Origin: Felis catus
Taxonomy: Eukaryota
Assembly: GCF_018350175.1 (NCBI RefSeq)
Contig: NC_058368.1
Location: 217,994,001-218,058,000, forward strand
Length of the DNA stretch: 64,000 nucleotides
Direction of reading: 5' to 3'
The notes below the pieces were generated by a model, which was not told the origin of the DNA, searched no databases, and saw only the letters and a list, made by a program, of their open reading frames with translations. Positions 11,801 through 23,800 of this stretch are shown piece after piece. Within the stretch, counting starts at the first letter, position 1. Each line of letters begins with the position of its first letter. The position numbers were made by a program, and so were the translations under genes.

Positions 11801-13029
11801 CACTACGGAGGAACTAAGTGGACTCCAAATGCCCACTAAATCTTTCAGATACATCTTATTAGTCACTAATTCTTAGTGTGGCAGTTGGGAAAAACAGACA
11901 TGTAATTACATTTGGTAAATGATCATACCATTCATCCTTCTATAATTAAATTCTTATTACCAAAATTATTGATATTAACAAAGAAAAATAAGTCAATATT
12001 TATTTCTAAATGACCTTTCCTAGAAATCAACTGAAAATTCTGTTCATAATTTTTGTCAGTAAAAAATATCTTCTCTATTAAGAACCAATAAATGCATGAC
12101 AAACTCGTAACAATTCTCTTAAAGAGAAATCAATCATAAAAAAAATACTTCTAAAACCCAACATCAATCGATCATCACCTTCATATTTTTCTTTCTCCAA
12201 GAAAAAAAATCTAAGCAATGGATTTATCTTACTGTATCTCAACGTAAAAATTTCTGCAAGGAAAAATAAAACATATGAGGATTGCCTTGATTCTCAAAAA
12301 GCACATGAGAATTGCCTTGATTCTCAAAATCTGCAAAAGGCTAAAAAAAAAAAACAATAAAAAGCATCGTTAGCTTCTTTCTTTTAAGAATAATCACAAA
12401 CTATCAGCTATAGTATATGTAAAATGTTTTTACTTTTAATAGCAAAATAATAGAAAATTTTATTTGTTTTTAGTGATATGAACTCATAAAATAATCTGGG
12501 ACTGGATAAATAATGATAAAATAATAAATTGAAGCTATTTTCCCATGTGGCCACTCAAATCAATGAGAATCGAGGCCTCTCAGCACCTCCATGACTCACT
12601 GCTACAGGATGCAACACTATTCAAAAAGCCCAGCCATGCATGTACCAAGCACTGCTCTCAGCAGGAAAGACATTCTTTTAGAACTAGGGACTCAGCAGGA
12701 TTGTGAGATATAAGCTCTATAACAGACACAATTGCTACAAACATTTCTTTCTTGTCTCTGTAAAACAATATTCATTCTACATTTTATAGTGAAGTATTTA
12801 TCACATATACAATGTGCATTATATGTTATATATACACACGTGTGGTATATGATATACATATACATATAAAACATGTTCATTTACACATGTAGTTCATCAT
12901 GACAATATATATACTGAAGCAGACACTATTCTCCAATGGAACAAGTTAGATGCATAATATTCAGTTAACATATCACCTTTTGTTACTATTCCATAATAAT
13001 TGGAATTTATAAGCCCCTTCATGGACTCA

Positions 13030-13230
13030 AACAATCAATCAGTCCATCAATAGGACCCATATATAATGAACACTATAAATTGAGCTCCATGCTAAGGACT
13101 ATAGGATTTAAAGAGTAATTGAAGTATGTCTTGTTTTAAACCTGTAGGTGCTCAAAATTTAGTGGGGTAGAGGACAAGTATGTTAATAATTAATATCTAA
13201 CAATATAGCTTTATATTAGAGTATTATAAA
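13030..13230 (-). mobile_element. L2 3' end fragment
   Basis: CAATCAATCAGTCCATCAA...CATGCTAAGGACTATAGGAT...GTGCTCAAAATTTAGTGGGG resembles the reverse complement of the L2 3' end. Confidence 0.5.
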
Positions 13231-13611
13231 GAGGCATGATTGGACAGAACATGCATTTGAACTTATATCACACACCCACCTTTACTTACCATCAGAACAA
13301 TTTCCTTTCTAAATTTTAACACTTCTGAAAATTCACAAAACGATTTAATACCTCTTCTCACTCCAGGGAAAAAATAAATTTCTGGTATTTTCTAGTAATG
13401 AAACCTCAGGAAAACACTGACTTTTGAAGCCTCAGATTCTTTATCTATGAACAGAACTAATTATATCTATCTTGCAAAATTAAATTTACATTTAAAAACA
13501 GAGTATAATAACTATGACATATATACCACAGAAAAATGGTCATTGGGCCACTGGTCAGGTATTCTTACAATAGCCCTTTGCAGAGGCACTAATAATAATG
13601 TCACCATTTTT

Positions 13612-13812
13612 TTTAACGTTTATTTATTTTTGAGACAGACAGAGACAGAGCATGAACAGGGGAGGAGCAGAGAGAGAGGGAGACACAGAATCAGAAGCAG
13701 GCTCCAGGCTGTGAGCCATCAGCCCGGAGCCTGACGCGTGAACTCATGGACCGCGAGATTGTGACCTGAGCTGAGGTCAGATGCTTAACCGACTGAGCCA
13801 CCCAGGCGCCCC
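13612..13812 (-). mobile_element. Felid Can-SINE
   Basis: Ends CCAGGCGCCCC; perfect 16-bp TSD TAATGTCACCATTTTT at 13596-13611 and 13813-13828. Confidence 0.97.
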
Positions 13813-14144
13813 TAATGTCACCATTTTTAAAGTTAAGAAGAGAGAGAGATAAATAGATCATCTACTACTCTGATCTTATAATGTTCAGTGCTTTATTTAC
13901 ATTTATTTATGTTCCTATTCATTTACTTTTTTCTGAATAATATCCTAACATTCTTCCCGTTTTTTGCATTTCTTAATGAAAGTGTTTCATGGATTAATAC
14001 AGAAGATGAAGGAACAAGATACTCCCTTTCACTGCCCCTAGAAAATGCAAAGAAGGGAGTATGAGCTAAGCCTGGCCACCGATTTGATGCTTCTAAATAT
14101 AACCTCAATTCTTCAAGGCAATGCTATAAAACAATGAGATAACT

Positions 14145-14605
14145 GAATGTTGGTTATGGCTCATATATAGCAACTGGAACCCTCATTCATTAATGGGGAT
14201 GTAAAATGATATAATCACTTGAAAAATCAGTTTCTTGCAAAACTAGACGCACCCTTACTATACCAATCCAGCAACTGTCCTCCTTGGTATTTGACAAAAT
14301 GTGCGGCAAACTAAAGTCCACAAAAAAACCTAAACACAGGTATTTATAGCATTTTTACTCATAATTGCCAAAACCTGGAAGAAACCAAGATGCTCTTTAG
14401 TAGGTTAATGGATAAACAGTCTTACATCCAGACAATGAGATGTTATTCAGTGCTAAAAAGAAATGAACAATCAAGTCATGAAAACACACGGAAGAATCTT
14501 AAATGCATGTTATTAAATAAAATAACCCAGTTTAAAAAGGCTACATACTGCCTGATTCCAACTGAATGATGTACTGGAAAAGGAAAAACTATGGAGATAG
14601 AAAAT
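14145..14605 (+). mobile_element. Old L1 (L1MB-like) ORF2 end and 3'UTR fragment
   Basis: GCAACTGGAACCCTCATTCATT...ATTTATAGCATTTTTACTCATAATTGCCAAAACCTGGAAG...AAAAGGCTACATACTG...ACTATGGAGATAG. Confidence 0.85.
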
Positions 14606-14644
14606 ACCATTTTACTATTCATTCAATCCCCCCTCCCACCCCTC

Positions 14645-15177
14645 AATTTCCCTAATGAGTATGAGGTGGCAGATCATTATCATTTGGAGAAATTTGCATT
14701 TATAATAATTAATGTTAAGTATCTTTTTATATGCTACTGTCCATTTGCATATCACCCTTGGAAAATGTCTATTCAAGTCTTTTGCACATTTTTTCTAATT
14801 AGGTTTTACTTTTTGCTGCTAAGTTGCATAGGGGTATTTTTGCATGTACTAGATATTAACCCCTCATCAGATATAAGACTTGCAAACCTCTCTCATTTAA
14901 TGGGTTCACCTTTTACTCTGTTAATAGTGTCTTTGAGGCACAAAAGTTTTAATTTTCATATAATCTAATATATTTATTGTTCTTTTCTTACCTGTGCTTT
15001 TGTGTCATATTCAAGGAATCACTGTCAAGTCCAATGGCATCAGAATTTTCCCATATGTTTCCTAAGAGTTTAGACCTTATACTTAAGTCTTTGATTTTGT
15101 GTGTGGAGGGGGGGGCAGTGTAAGGGTCAAACTCTATTATTTTTCATGTGGATATTCAGTTTTCCCAACACCACTGA
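14645..15177 (-). mobile_element. Old L1 ORF2 fragment, antisense
   Basis: GGAAAATGTCTATTCAAGTCTTTTGCAC...GATATTAACCCCTCATCAGATA...CATGTGGATATTCAGTTTTCCCAACACCA is L1 ORF2 reverse complement. Confidence 0.85.
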
Positions 15178-15389
15178 CATGGGGAAGCCAGAAAGAACAG
15201 GACCCATTCCCTCTTTCCTTTCTTTCCTTCCTTCCTTCCTTCCCTTACTTATTCCCAGTCATCAGTTACCTTTTATAGTTGTTTGAGATATCAGTTTGTA
15301 AACTATTTTTTTATGTTTATACTTAGAAAAAGTCCAATAATACATAAGAATTTGTTCCAGGGTGTCAGAAAAAAATATATATAAATTAT

Positions 15390-15540
15390 GTTTCTACCAT
15401 TAATTAGCTTTGAGGCCTTAAGAAAGTAAAACATGTTCTCTAAACCTCAACTCCATTATCTGTCACATTCTATTTGTCAGGTTAGCCTGGTATAACTTTT
15501 ATAAATATTGCAGAGGATTAGGAGAGAACTAATACATAAA
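15390..15540. mobile_element. MIR fragment
   Basis: TCTACCATTAATTAGCTTTGAGGCCTTAAGAAAGT...TTCTCTAAACCTCAACTCCATTATCTGT core-like sequence. Confidence 0.55.
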
Positions 15541-16046
15541 ACTAAAAAAGGTTTTACTTTTGATATTGACTAGAAAGTGTCTTAAATTATGTAATTCAAA
15601 AATTAAGATAATTTTCCTCCATATTGATATAAAAATATAAATTTAAATTCCCAGTCAGGTAAAAAAAAAGTTTTAAAAGTAATCTCCAGGAAAGCTAATT
15701 GTATTTAATATACATTTTTATATATGAGTATGTATCTTGAGGAAATGGCAATACATACTAAATAGCTACTTGTTTCACTTAATAGGTTCAATCAACAGAT
15801 AAAATCTGTTGTTTTACCTTTGCCACTGGATCCTTCTATAACATGTGTACAAGTTTGAGTGGGGTAAGATGACACTTGATCGAATATTAAAGATTCTAAA
15901 CTCCATGGTCAAGAGCAATTTCATTCTAGGAAGTCAATGTGTCAACTTTCTAATGAAATGCATTCTTAAAAAAAAGCATATTTACTAGGCAAATTTGGGA
16001 CCAAACTAATGGAATCAAAATGGAGTTGGCATTAAGATTTATTTTA

Positions 16047-16271
16047 GGGGCGCCTGGGTGGCGCAGTCGGTTAAGCGTCCGACTTCAGCCAGGTCACGAT
16101 CTCGCGGTCGGTGAGTTCGAGCCCCGTGTCGGGCTCTGGGCTGATGGCTCAGAGCCTGGAGCCTGTTTCCGATTCTGTGTCTCCCTCTCTCTCTGCTCCT
16201 CCCCCGTTCATGCTCTGTCTCTCTCTCTGTCCCAAAAAAATAAATAAACGTTGAAAAAAAATTAAAAAAAA
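16047..16271 (+). mobile_element. Young felid Can-SINE
   Basis: Near-consensus, CpG-rich; TSD AAGATTTATTT at 16034-16044 and 16272-16282. Confidence 0.97.
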
Positions 16272-16331
16272 AAGATTTATTTGAGAACACAGTATAAAAG
16301 AGCAGACCGAAAAGAATCTGTAAACCAATTT

Positions 16332-16408
16332 GAAAAGGAAAAGGAAAAGGAAAAGGAAAAGGAAAAGGAAAAGGAAAAGGAAAAGGAAAAGGAAAAGGAA
16401 AAGGAAAA
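16332..16408 (+). repeat. (GAAAAG)n hexanucleotide microsatellite
   Basis: 12 perfect units plus GAAAA. Confidence 0.98.
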
Positions 16409-17321
16409 CTCTGTAAATCAAAGGAATGAGTGGTTCACATTACACTGCAGAAAAGATGAGTCTCAATATGAACTAAAAGATGGGACACAGAAAATGTCAC
16501 TGGTGATCTAAATATGGTGATAGAGACAGGTTATAAACTATCTTTCATATATACCCTTTTACAATGTTCCTTAGTAATGAATGACATAAGCCTATCTCCC
16601 AACATTTTTTAGCAGAAGAGATAAACAGCTCATTTTTAGAAGTAAAGCCACAGTGAATATAGGTATAGGTATATTTGTATTAAATATTTAATCATTGAAT
16701 TTACTTTACAAAAGAACATTGGTAAATTTATTTCTTTACTTGGGGGCGGGGGGAGGAGATTACATCTGTATTACATATATTAAAATAATCTCCTCCCCTG
16801 CCAAGTAAAGATGTATTAAACAGCATAGCATATAACTGAACATTTAAACATTTTTCTACCAGAGGTTACTGTTCATTATCATTATCAATTCTATGACTAA
16901 ATATAACTAAGACAATTACATGAATAAATGCATAACAATGTATTAATTATAAATATTTCCCATCAGTTCCAACATATCTAACATGCTAAAAGCCTGCTTC
17001 TAAATTTCTTTCGTGCATTTTACATCACTTAAATGTTAATGCGCAATCAGGCAAGACTTTCTTTAAAATGGAGTCTACTTGAAAATACAGGGAAAACTGA
17101 TTATTATAAAGATTTTGGTAATTTAAAGGATTAAACACATACCTGAACATCAAAGGGAACAGCTGCTTTAAAAACAGAAATATCAGCTTGAATCATTTAA
17201 TGATAGTAAATATATTAAAAAGAATCAAATATATTTCATTTTCTGTTCCTTTTGATTAGCAATTGTAGGTTATGTTCCCTGTCATGTCTTTAAGGAAGCT
17301 ACTATAATGCGTTGTTTAAAA

Positions 17322-17546
17322 TTTTTTTTTTAATGTGTATTTATTTTTGAGAGAGAGAGACAGAGAGACAGAGGGACAGTGAGACAAAGCGCAAGCAGAG
17401 GAGGGGCAGAGAAGGAGACACAGAATCTGAAGCAGGCTCCAGGCTCCCAGCTGTCAGCACAGAGCCTGACATGAGGCTCAAACTCAAGCGAGATCATGAC
17501 CTGAGCCGAAGTCAGCCTCTTACCCAACTGAGCCACTCAGGAGCCC
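17322..17546 (-). mobile_element. Can-SINE (older)
   Basis: T tail, GA-rich segment, GAATCTGAAGCAGGCTCCAGGCT, ends CTGAGCCACTCAGGAGCCC. Confidence 0.95.
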
Positions 17547-18506
17547 TTAACCTGTTGCTTTAAATTTCAGTGTGTGAAGGGAAATCCTGCTCTAAAATTG
17601 TCAGTCTGTGTTTTTAATCAGCCTATGTGCTAAAACAATAAACTGGATTACTTTCCTTCTGCATACTACTCAGATACTGTATCAATTCGGGTGTCAAAAT
17701 ATGTACCATTCAGGGATCATCCAGGGGAACAAAACCATTAGGCGATATATACTATGATTTATTGCAAAGGAAAAAGTTGCCTTGTATGATTGTTAGAACC
17801 GGCTATGGATGTCTGACATTGGAGGTAATGTCAGGAATGGTAAACTGGGAGTCCCTGGCATCAGGTAAAGCTGCAGTCCACAGGCACATTTTTTTCTCTT
17901 TTTCAGAGAAGCTTCAGTTCAATTCTTAAGGCCTTTCAAAGGTGAAATCAGGCCTATCCAGATTATCTAAAATAATATCACTTATCGACTTCATCATCAT
18001 GTTTATGAAATACCTTCCCAAGCACCACTTAGATTAGTGTTTGAAGAACTGGGGACTCCAGCCTTGCCAAGTTGACACATGAAATTGACCATCATAGTCT
18101 ACCTCTTCTCACACTGGCATCTCATCTCCTTGATCCATAATTAATATCTAAACAAGCATACCAACAACATATGGGATACAAACTACCCCACATACAACTA
18201 AACACATGCTCTTTCCTCAGAGAAGGATGCGAAGTCTTTGGCTGATGGATCACTGCACTGGTGGTGGGGAGGGGTGGTGGTTAGGTGGTGAACCAAACCT
18301 TAAGCTGAAGAGTATGGATCTTTAGCAGTTCTGCATAAATTAGATTGCTGAAGTTTGTCATGGACTTTAATCCCAGGACATGGTAATAGATCTCTAAGGA
18401 CTCTTCTGTATTCCAGGCATAACTTTCTTCATCTCCACTTTATGGTAATGACACAATTTCCCTTCGGTAATCAATGAAAAAAAATCATCCCATTTAGTAA
18501 AATAAC

Positions 18507-18728
18507 TTTTTTTTAATTTTTAAAAGAATTTTTTTATTGATTTTTGAGACAGAGAGAGACACAGCATGAGCAGGGGAGGGGCAGAGAGAGGGAGACACAG
18601 AATCCAAAGCAGGCTCCAGGCTCTGAGCTGTCAGCACAGAACCTGACGCGGGGCTCGAACTCACAGACTGTGAGATCATGACCTGAGCTAAAGTTGGACG
18701 CTTAACTGACTGAGCCACCCTGGAGCCA
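18507..18728 (-). mobile_element. Can-SINE nested in the tail of the adjacent SINE, within the ERVL
   Basis: Typical body GAATCCAAAGCAGGCTCCAGGCTCTGAGCTGTCAGCACAG. Confidence 0.95.
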
Positions 18729-18787
18729 CCCCCCCCCTTTTTTTTTAAAGAACAGGCTGGGTCTGTGTGGTTGTAAGTCTGAACTTG

Positions 18788-18981
18788 TTTTTTAATGTTC
18801 ATTTATTTTTGACAGAGAGAGTGTAGGAGGGGGAAGGGCTGAGAGAAAGAGGGACAGAGGATCTCAAGGGAGCCTTTGTGCTGAGAGCAGGGAGACCTAT
18901 GCAGGGTTTGAACTCATGAACTGCGAGATCATAACCTGGGTGAGGTTGGACATGCAACCAACAGAGCCACCCAGGTGCCCC
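18788..18981 (-). mobile_element. Older Can-SINE within the ERVL
   Basis: Ends GAGCCACCCAGGTGCCCC; more diverged body. Confidence 0.9.
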
Positions 18982-21900
18982 AATAACATTTTTTATTGAC
19001 TGTTGAGTTAGAGGCATGAGAAATCCAATTGGCCAAGTGATAGTTAAATTTCAACTTAAGTGGAATCATTATTGTCTCTCATGTAAGAAGCATTTCTCCC
19101 TCTGACACTTCTAGACCCACAGAGCCTAACGGAGGAATGACAAGTAAATATTTTGCCAGTGGATCATAAGTGGGGCTTCTTCCATTTCCACATACTGATT
19201 TCTGGACCTGAAATTCTTGGCAATGGGAATAACAACACTATATCCCGGAGACTGATGTGGAGCATAGACAGCTTCCTGGAAATCACTTCCCAGTCATACA
19301 AGGCACTGCCACCCAGCTGGTGCTGTGACTGTCTTCAAAGGGCCATTCTATTCTTCTATCTAGTCAAGTGCTTCAGGATCATGGGAAACATGATAAGACA
19401 GATGAATTCCATGAGCATGAGCCCACTGTCATACTTCATTTATTACAAAATGACTTATTTGATCAGGAGAAATGCTATGTGGGATACCATGAAGGCAGAT
19501 TAGGCACTGTATAAATCTACAAGTGTATGTTTTTGCATTCAGGGAAGGAAAATACATATCCAGAGTAACTATTTCAGGAACTACAAAGGGGTGCCCCTGC
19601 TATGATAAAAACACTCTAAGGTAAGTAATCAACCACCAGGTAGCTGGTTGACCACCAGCTGGGAATGAGGGTCATACTGGGAATGAAGGTCACATTGTAG
19701 TCTTAGTGTTGTTCTTTGCTGCTGGTAGATTAGTCATTCAGCAGTGGCTAGAGCAAGGTTGGACTTGTTCAGAATGAGTCATCCTACACACTTGCTTGTT
19801 AAAACCCTCCCTTGCTAGGGTCACACTTTGGTGACAATTCACATGGCACACACTTATCTTCACATTGATTTCTATTCATAAAGAACTATCCAAATACACC
19901 CTCCCCAGAGCTTCTTGATACCAATCTCCCACGAATGTGTCTTCCCAGTCCCCGGCCATCCAGCCAAACCACTGGTCACAACCCATACAGACCACTTCTT
20001 CCGACTACTTATCCTTCCAGGCTAAATGAACAGCCAGGTTTACCATTTGAGGTTTTGCTTACTGAGAGGATTTTATCTCTGTCCTTCAGAGCTATCCTAG
20101 AAAGGAGCCATGGTGCTCCAGTTGTCTACTTTGGGTGGTGCCTGTATGTTTTGCAGAAGCATTTATAAGCCAGGCTAAAGCTTTCCCTTTCTCAGTCCAC
20201 TAGTTATAATGGAATCCCCATGAGTTCACAGATAAAGATTAGGAGAGAGAAAGTAATGTAGGACTGAGGGCCATAAAAATTTGTGTCCCTATCTTATTCT
20301 TAAGCTGACCATGAAAGCAAGAGGCTGATCTCATATCACTTTTATTTGATAATGGAGTGCTGCTGGGAACACTCAACATTATGGTTGAGTCAAATGACAC
20401 CCAGTTGATAATGAGCAGCTAAAGTTTGGTGAGTAATGGCCCATGGGTAAGCCTTCAGCCCTTACTAAGTTCCAGTAGCAAGCCCAAACTGTTTTTCAAA
20501 AGGAGAGTAGTTACCCATATAGGTTAGTAGAGTAGCAAGCCCAAGCTGTTTCTCAAAAAGAGAAACACTCTTAGCGCTCCTAAGAGTCAGCACAGTGATT
20601 CACGTACAGGGACCTTCCAAGGGTTCCGAACAGTATGACTATCTCTCATTGGTAGTTTAAATAGCACTGGATCTGGTGGATCATGAGGCTCAAGTGGGAA
20701 AGTATCTTACACAACATTCTAGACCTGTTGTGAAGCCTTCTCTTGTTTGGAGTCCTACTTAAAAATAGAAGTTTGGGGGCTTTTTGGACCAAATTAACAC
20801 CAAAATGAGAAATATGTTGCCTCTAAAACTCAAATAATCCCACTGGACATTGTACCTTGTTTTGTCTAGAAGCAGGCAGATGTGACAATTTATCTTTTAC
20901 CTTAGAAAGTATATTCATACCACTGGAGCATTAGAAATTCCCCTGAGGTATAAGGCTCTTCTGTTTTTAGATTATCTAACCTCTGACATGCAAATTTCCT
21001 ATCGGTATGTCTAGTATAGTTGTTATTCTTGCACCTGAGGTATAATCAGCATAAGTTCATCAATGTAATGAATCGATATGATATCCTATGGAAGGGAAAG
21101 ATGATCGAGTTCTCTGAAGACTAAATTATGCCATGAAGCCATGGAGTTGATATACCTGTGAGGTAGTACAGTGAAGGAGGATTACTGGCCGTGCCAAGTG
21201 AAAGAAATGAACAAACAATGGTAACACTGACAAACACATTTGACTGATTATAGATGCATACCAGGTACCAAGGTATCTGCTGATGTGACAAAGCGATAAA
21301 ACTTCATCTGAAATAGCAGTTGCAATTGGAGTCACCAACCAATTAATTTTAGGAGTATGGTCATTGTCCACATCTACTTTCTTCACAAGCCAAACAGGCA
21401 ACTGAATCGTATACGGAGGGAGTCCCAACCCCTGCATCTTCTAAGTCCTCAGTGGTGCCTCTAACCTCTGCAATCACTCCAGGAATGTCACCTTGCCTTT
21501 GGTTTAATATTTCTGTCAGTTGAGGTGTTGTAGTGGCTCCTATTTGGTCTTTTGTAATATAAAAGTCCTCACTCCACAGGTCAGGGTACCAAGGTGGATA
21601 TTTTGATAGTTGCTGATTATGTTTTTCTCCCCAATTATACATTTTAGAACTGGAAAAATAAAGACAGAATGGGTTCAGAGTTCCACTGGGCCCACTGTGA
21701 GACAGACTTAAGTTAAAATTCCATTGATCACCTAACTTCCAAAAATCATTACAGGGACTCATGGGCTCCAACAGATGTTTTGATTTCTAGGAATTATTAC
21801 CAGTTCACAGCCAATGTCTAGCAATCTCAGAGGATTATGATTATTTCTCTCTCCCTATTGCACAGTCACACTAACTTTGTATAGTGCCTACGGAAAAGTC

Positions 21901-22933
21901 AGAGATACATTAGCAGTACTAATGAGAGTTTAGCAGGGTTCTTGTTCAAGGGGACCCAGACTCTTTTTCCTTCAAAGGGTTCTATATCTTGTAAATTGCC
22001 TCCAGTTTGAGAACTAATGTAAGAGCCATGACTCTGTTTAGGCAATTAAAATAAGAATTCTGCTCATTCAATCCTGAACTCCTTTGCTTACACAGATCAA
22101 ATAAATATTTGATAGACTGTCCTATTCTGGGGATATTATGATTAACTAGTCAATGCATTGCCTCAGTTGTCCATTATGGTAAACCCACCTTCCTTGTCTT
22201 TGGTGATTAAATGTCACCAGTTTGTCCTTTTGCTCCAGGATCCAATTACATCCAGTGAATTTAGGGATTCTAGTTCAAGGGTAGCAATTCTTACTGTAAC
22301 TTCTGACCTACAAAGAAGAGTGAAACCCCAGAGCTCCTCAAGTATGGTGGGGCTTCCCTCACAGTGTGGTGAAAGGTATGTCCTCTGGATCTCACTGGGG
22401 TAGATGAAAAATTCTTATAAGGTAATTATACTCTAATAATCCAACCTCCCTAAGCTTTGCTATTTTTCTCTATAGGCTAGGAAATTTCTGGTATTTCAAT
22501 CTACTTATTTTGGGTTCATGTTTCAGGAAACCACACAAACGGCTTACAGCCTTTTCTAAATCTTCAAGCTAAAACATTGAATCTGGAATCTGTTTAGTGG
22601 GCACAAATCAATAAGTTCATCTTGACCCAAGTTTATATTCCTTCTACTATGATCTGAAACCCTTTTGATCATTTTCCATACATATTCCTCGGATTTCTTT
22701 TAGGATAAATTAGGGAAAAATATGTGATTCTGTTGGTGTACTGAAGAATTCTCTGTGGGTCAAGCTTTGTTTTTTACCCTTTGTGGCCATATGGGGCATG
22801 TTATTGGTCTAGAAACAAGAAAGGTAATGGAGGTAGGACCTAAGGAGGATTAGCAGTTCCATGCATGGCAACTAATTCAGTGGAGACCACTTATTTAGGC
22901 AAAGAAGTGCTAAACTTCATAGTCAGCTATTTC

Positions 22934-23139
22934 TTTTTTTTTAAGTGTTTATTTATTTTTGAGAAACAGAGAGCACAAGTGGGCGAACAGCAGAGAAAGG
23001 GAAAGACACAGAATCTGAAGCAGACTCCAGGCTCTGAGCGGTCAGTGCAGAGCCCCACGCAGTGCTGGAACCCACGAACTGTGAGATTGTGACCTGAGCT
23101 GAAGTTGGACCCTTGACCGACTGACCACCCAGATGCCCC
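22934..23139 (-). mobile_element. Can-SINE within ERVL gag
   Basis: Typical body; degenerate TSD AGCTATTTCT/AGTTATTTCT. Confidence 0.93.
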
Positions 23140-23603
23140 TAGAAGAGTTATTTCTACAGGCAAAGAAGAGTTGGTAGAATCTAAGTGTCAAAGTCCCTAG
23201 ATTTATCAACATCTATCTATATGTTCCCATTCCAATTTTCAGGATGCCATTTTACCCCCCCCCCATACATGTCATAGCTTTAACAGAAATTTTACTAATT
23301 TGGAAACTCAATGTGAGTTGTAATTTAACCACTCACAAAAAATGACTTTCAGAAAGTTTGGCCCTGAGTCTCCAGGGCATAGACTTTATTTGGGAGCAGA
23401 TACAGAAGACTTAAGATCATTTATGTGGAACTTAAACTGGTAATCTGAAGCTGTGAGATTGTCCCATCCTTTCCTCATTTTTTTTACAGCTCAGTTATGA
23501 GCAACTAGCCAATCCCATAAGCCTTTAGTTTGAATGTTCTAAGTATATATTTAGTGGACAGAATCTCAACAACTATATGGATATTTTTAAAGAATATACA
23601 ATG

Positions 23604-23800
23604 AGGGATACTGGGTGACTAAGTTGGTTAAACACCCATGTCTTGACCATGAGATCAAGCCCCATGTCAGGCTTAGTGCTGACAGTATGGAGCCTACTGG
23701 GATTCTCTTTCTCCCTTTTTCTCTCTGCCCCTTTCCCTCACTCATGCACACAGGAGCACACACTCTCTCAGAATAAATAAATAGATAAACATTAAAAAAA
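23604..23800 (+). mobile_element. Older Can-SINE within ERVL gag
   Basis: GGGATACTGGGTGACTAAGTTGGTTAAAC head, AATAAA tail; degenerate TSD AATATACAATG/AATATATGATG. Confidence 0.88.

Noticed and set aside
14145..15177. Twin-primed inverted L1
   Set aside because: The order is sense 3' piece then antisense upstream piece, the opposite of twin-priming geometry, and there is no TSD; treated as two old fragments.
16020..16511. ORFs with [25 protein letters not shown] and EKEKEK peptides
   Set aside because: Translations of a Can-SINE and the (GAAAAG)n repeat; the same SINE peptides recur at 47191, 54381 and 58758.
16790..16812. U1 snRNA 5'-end pseudogene
   Set aside because: Only about 15/17 nt similarity, no continuation into U1 and no TSD; not supportable.
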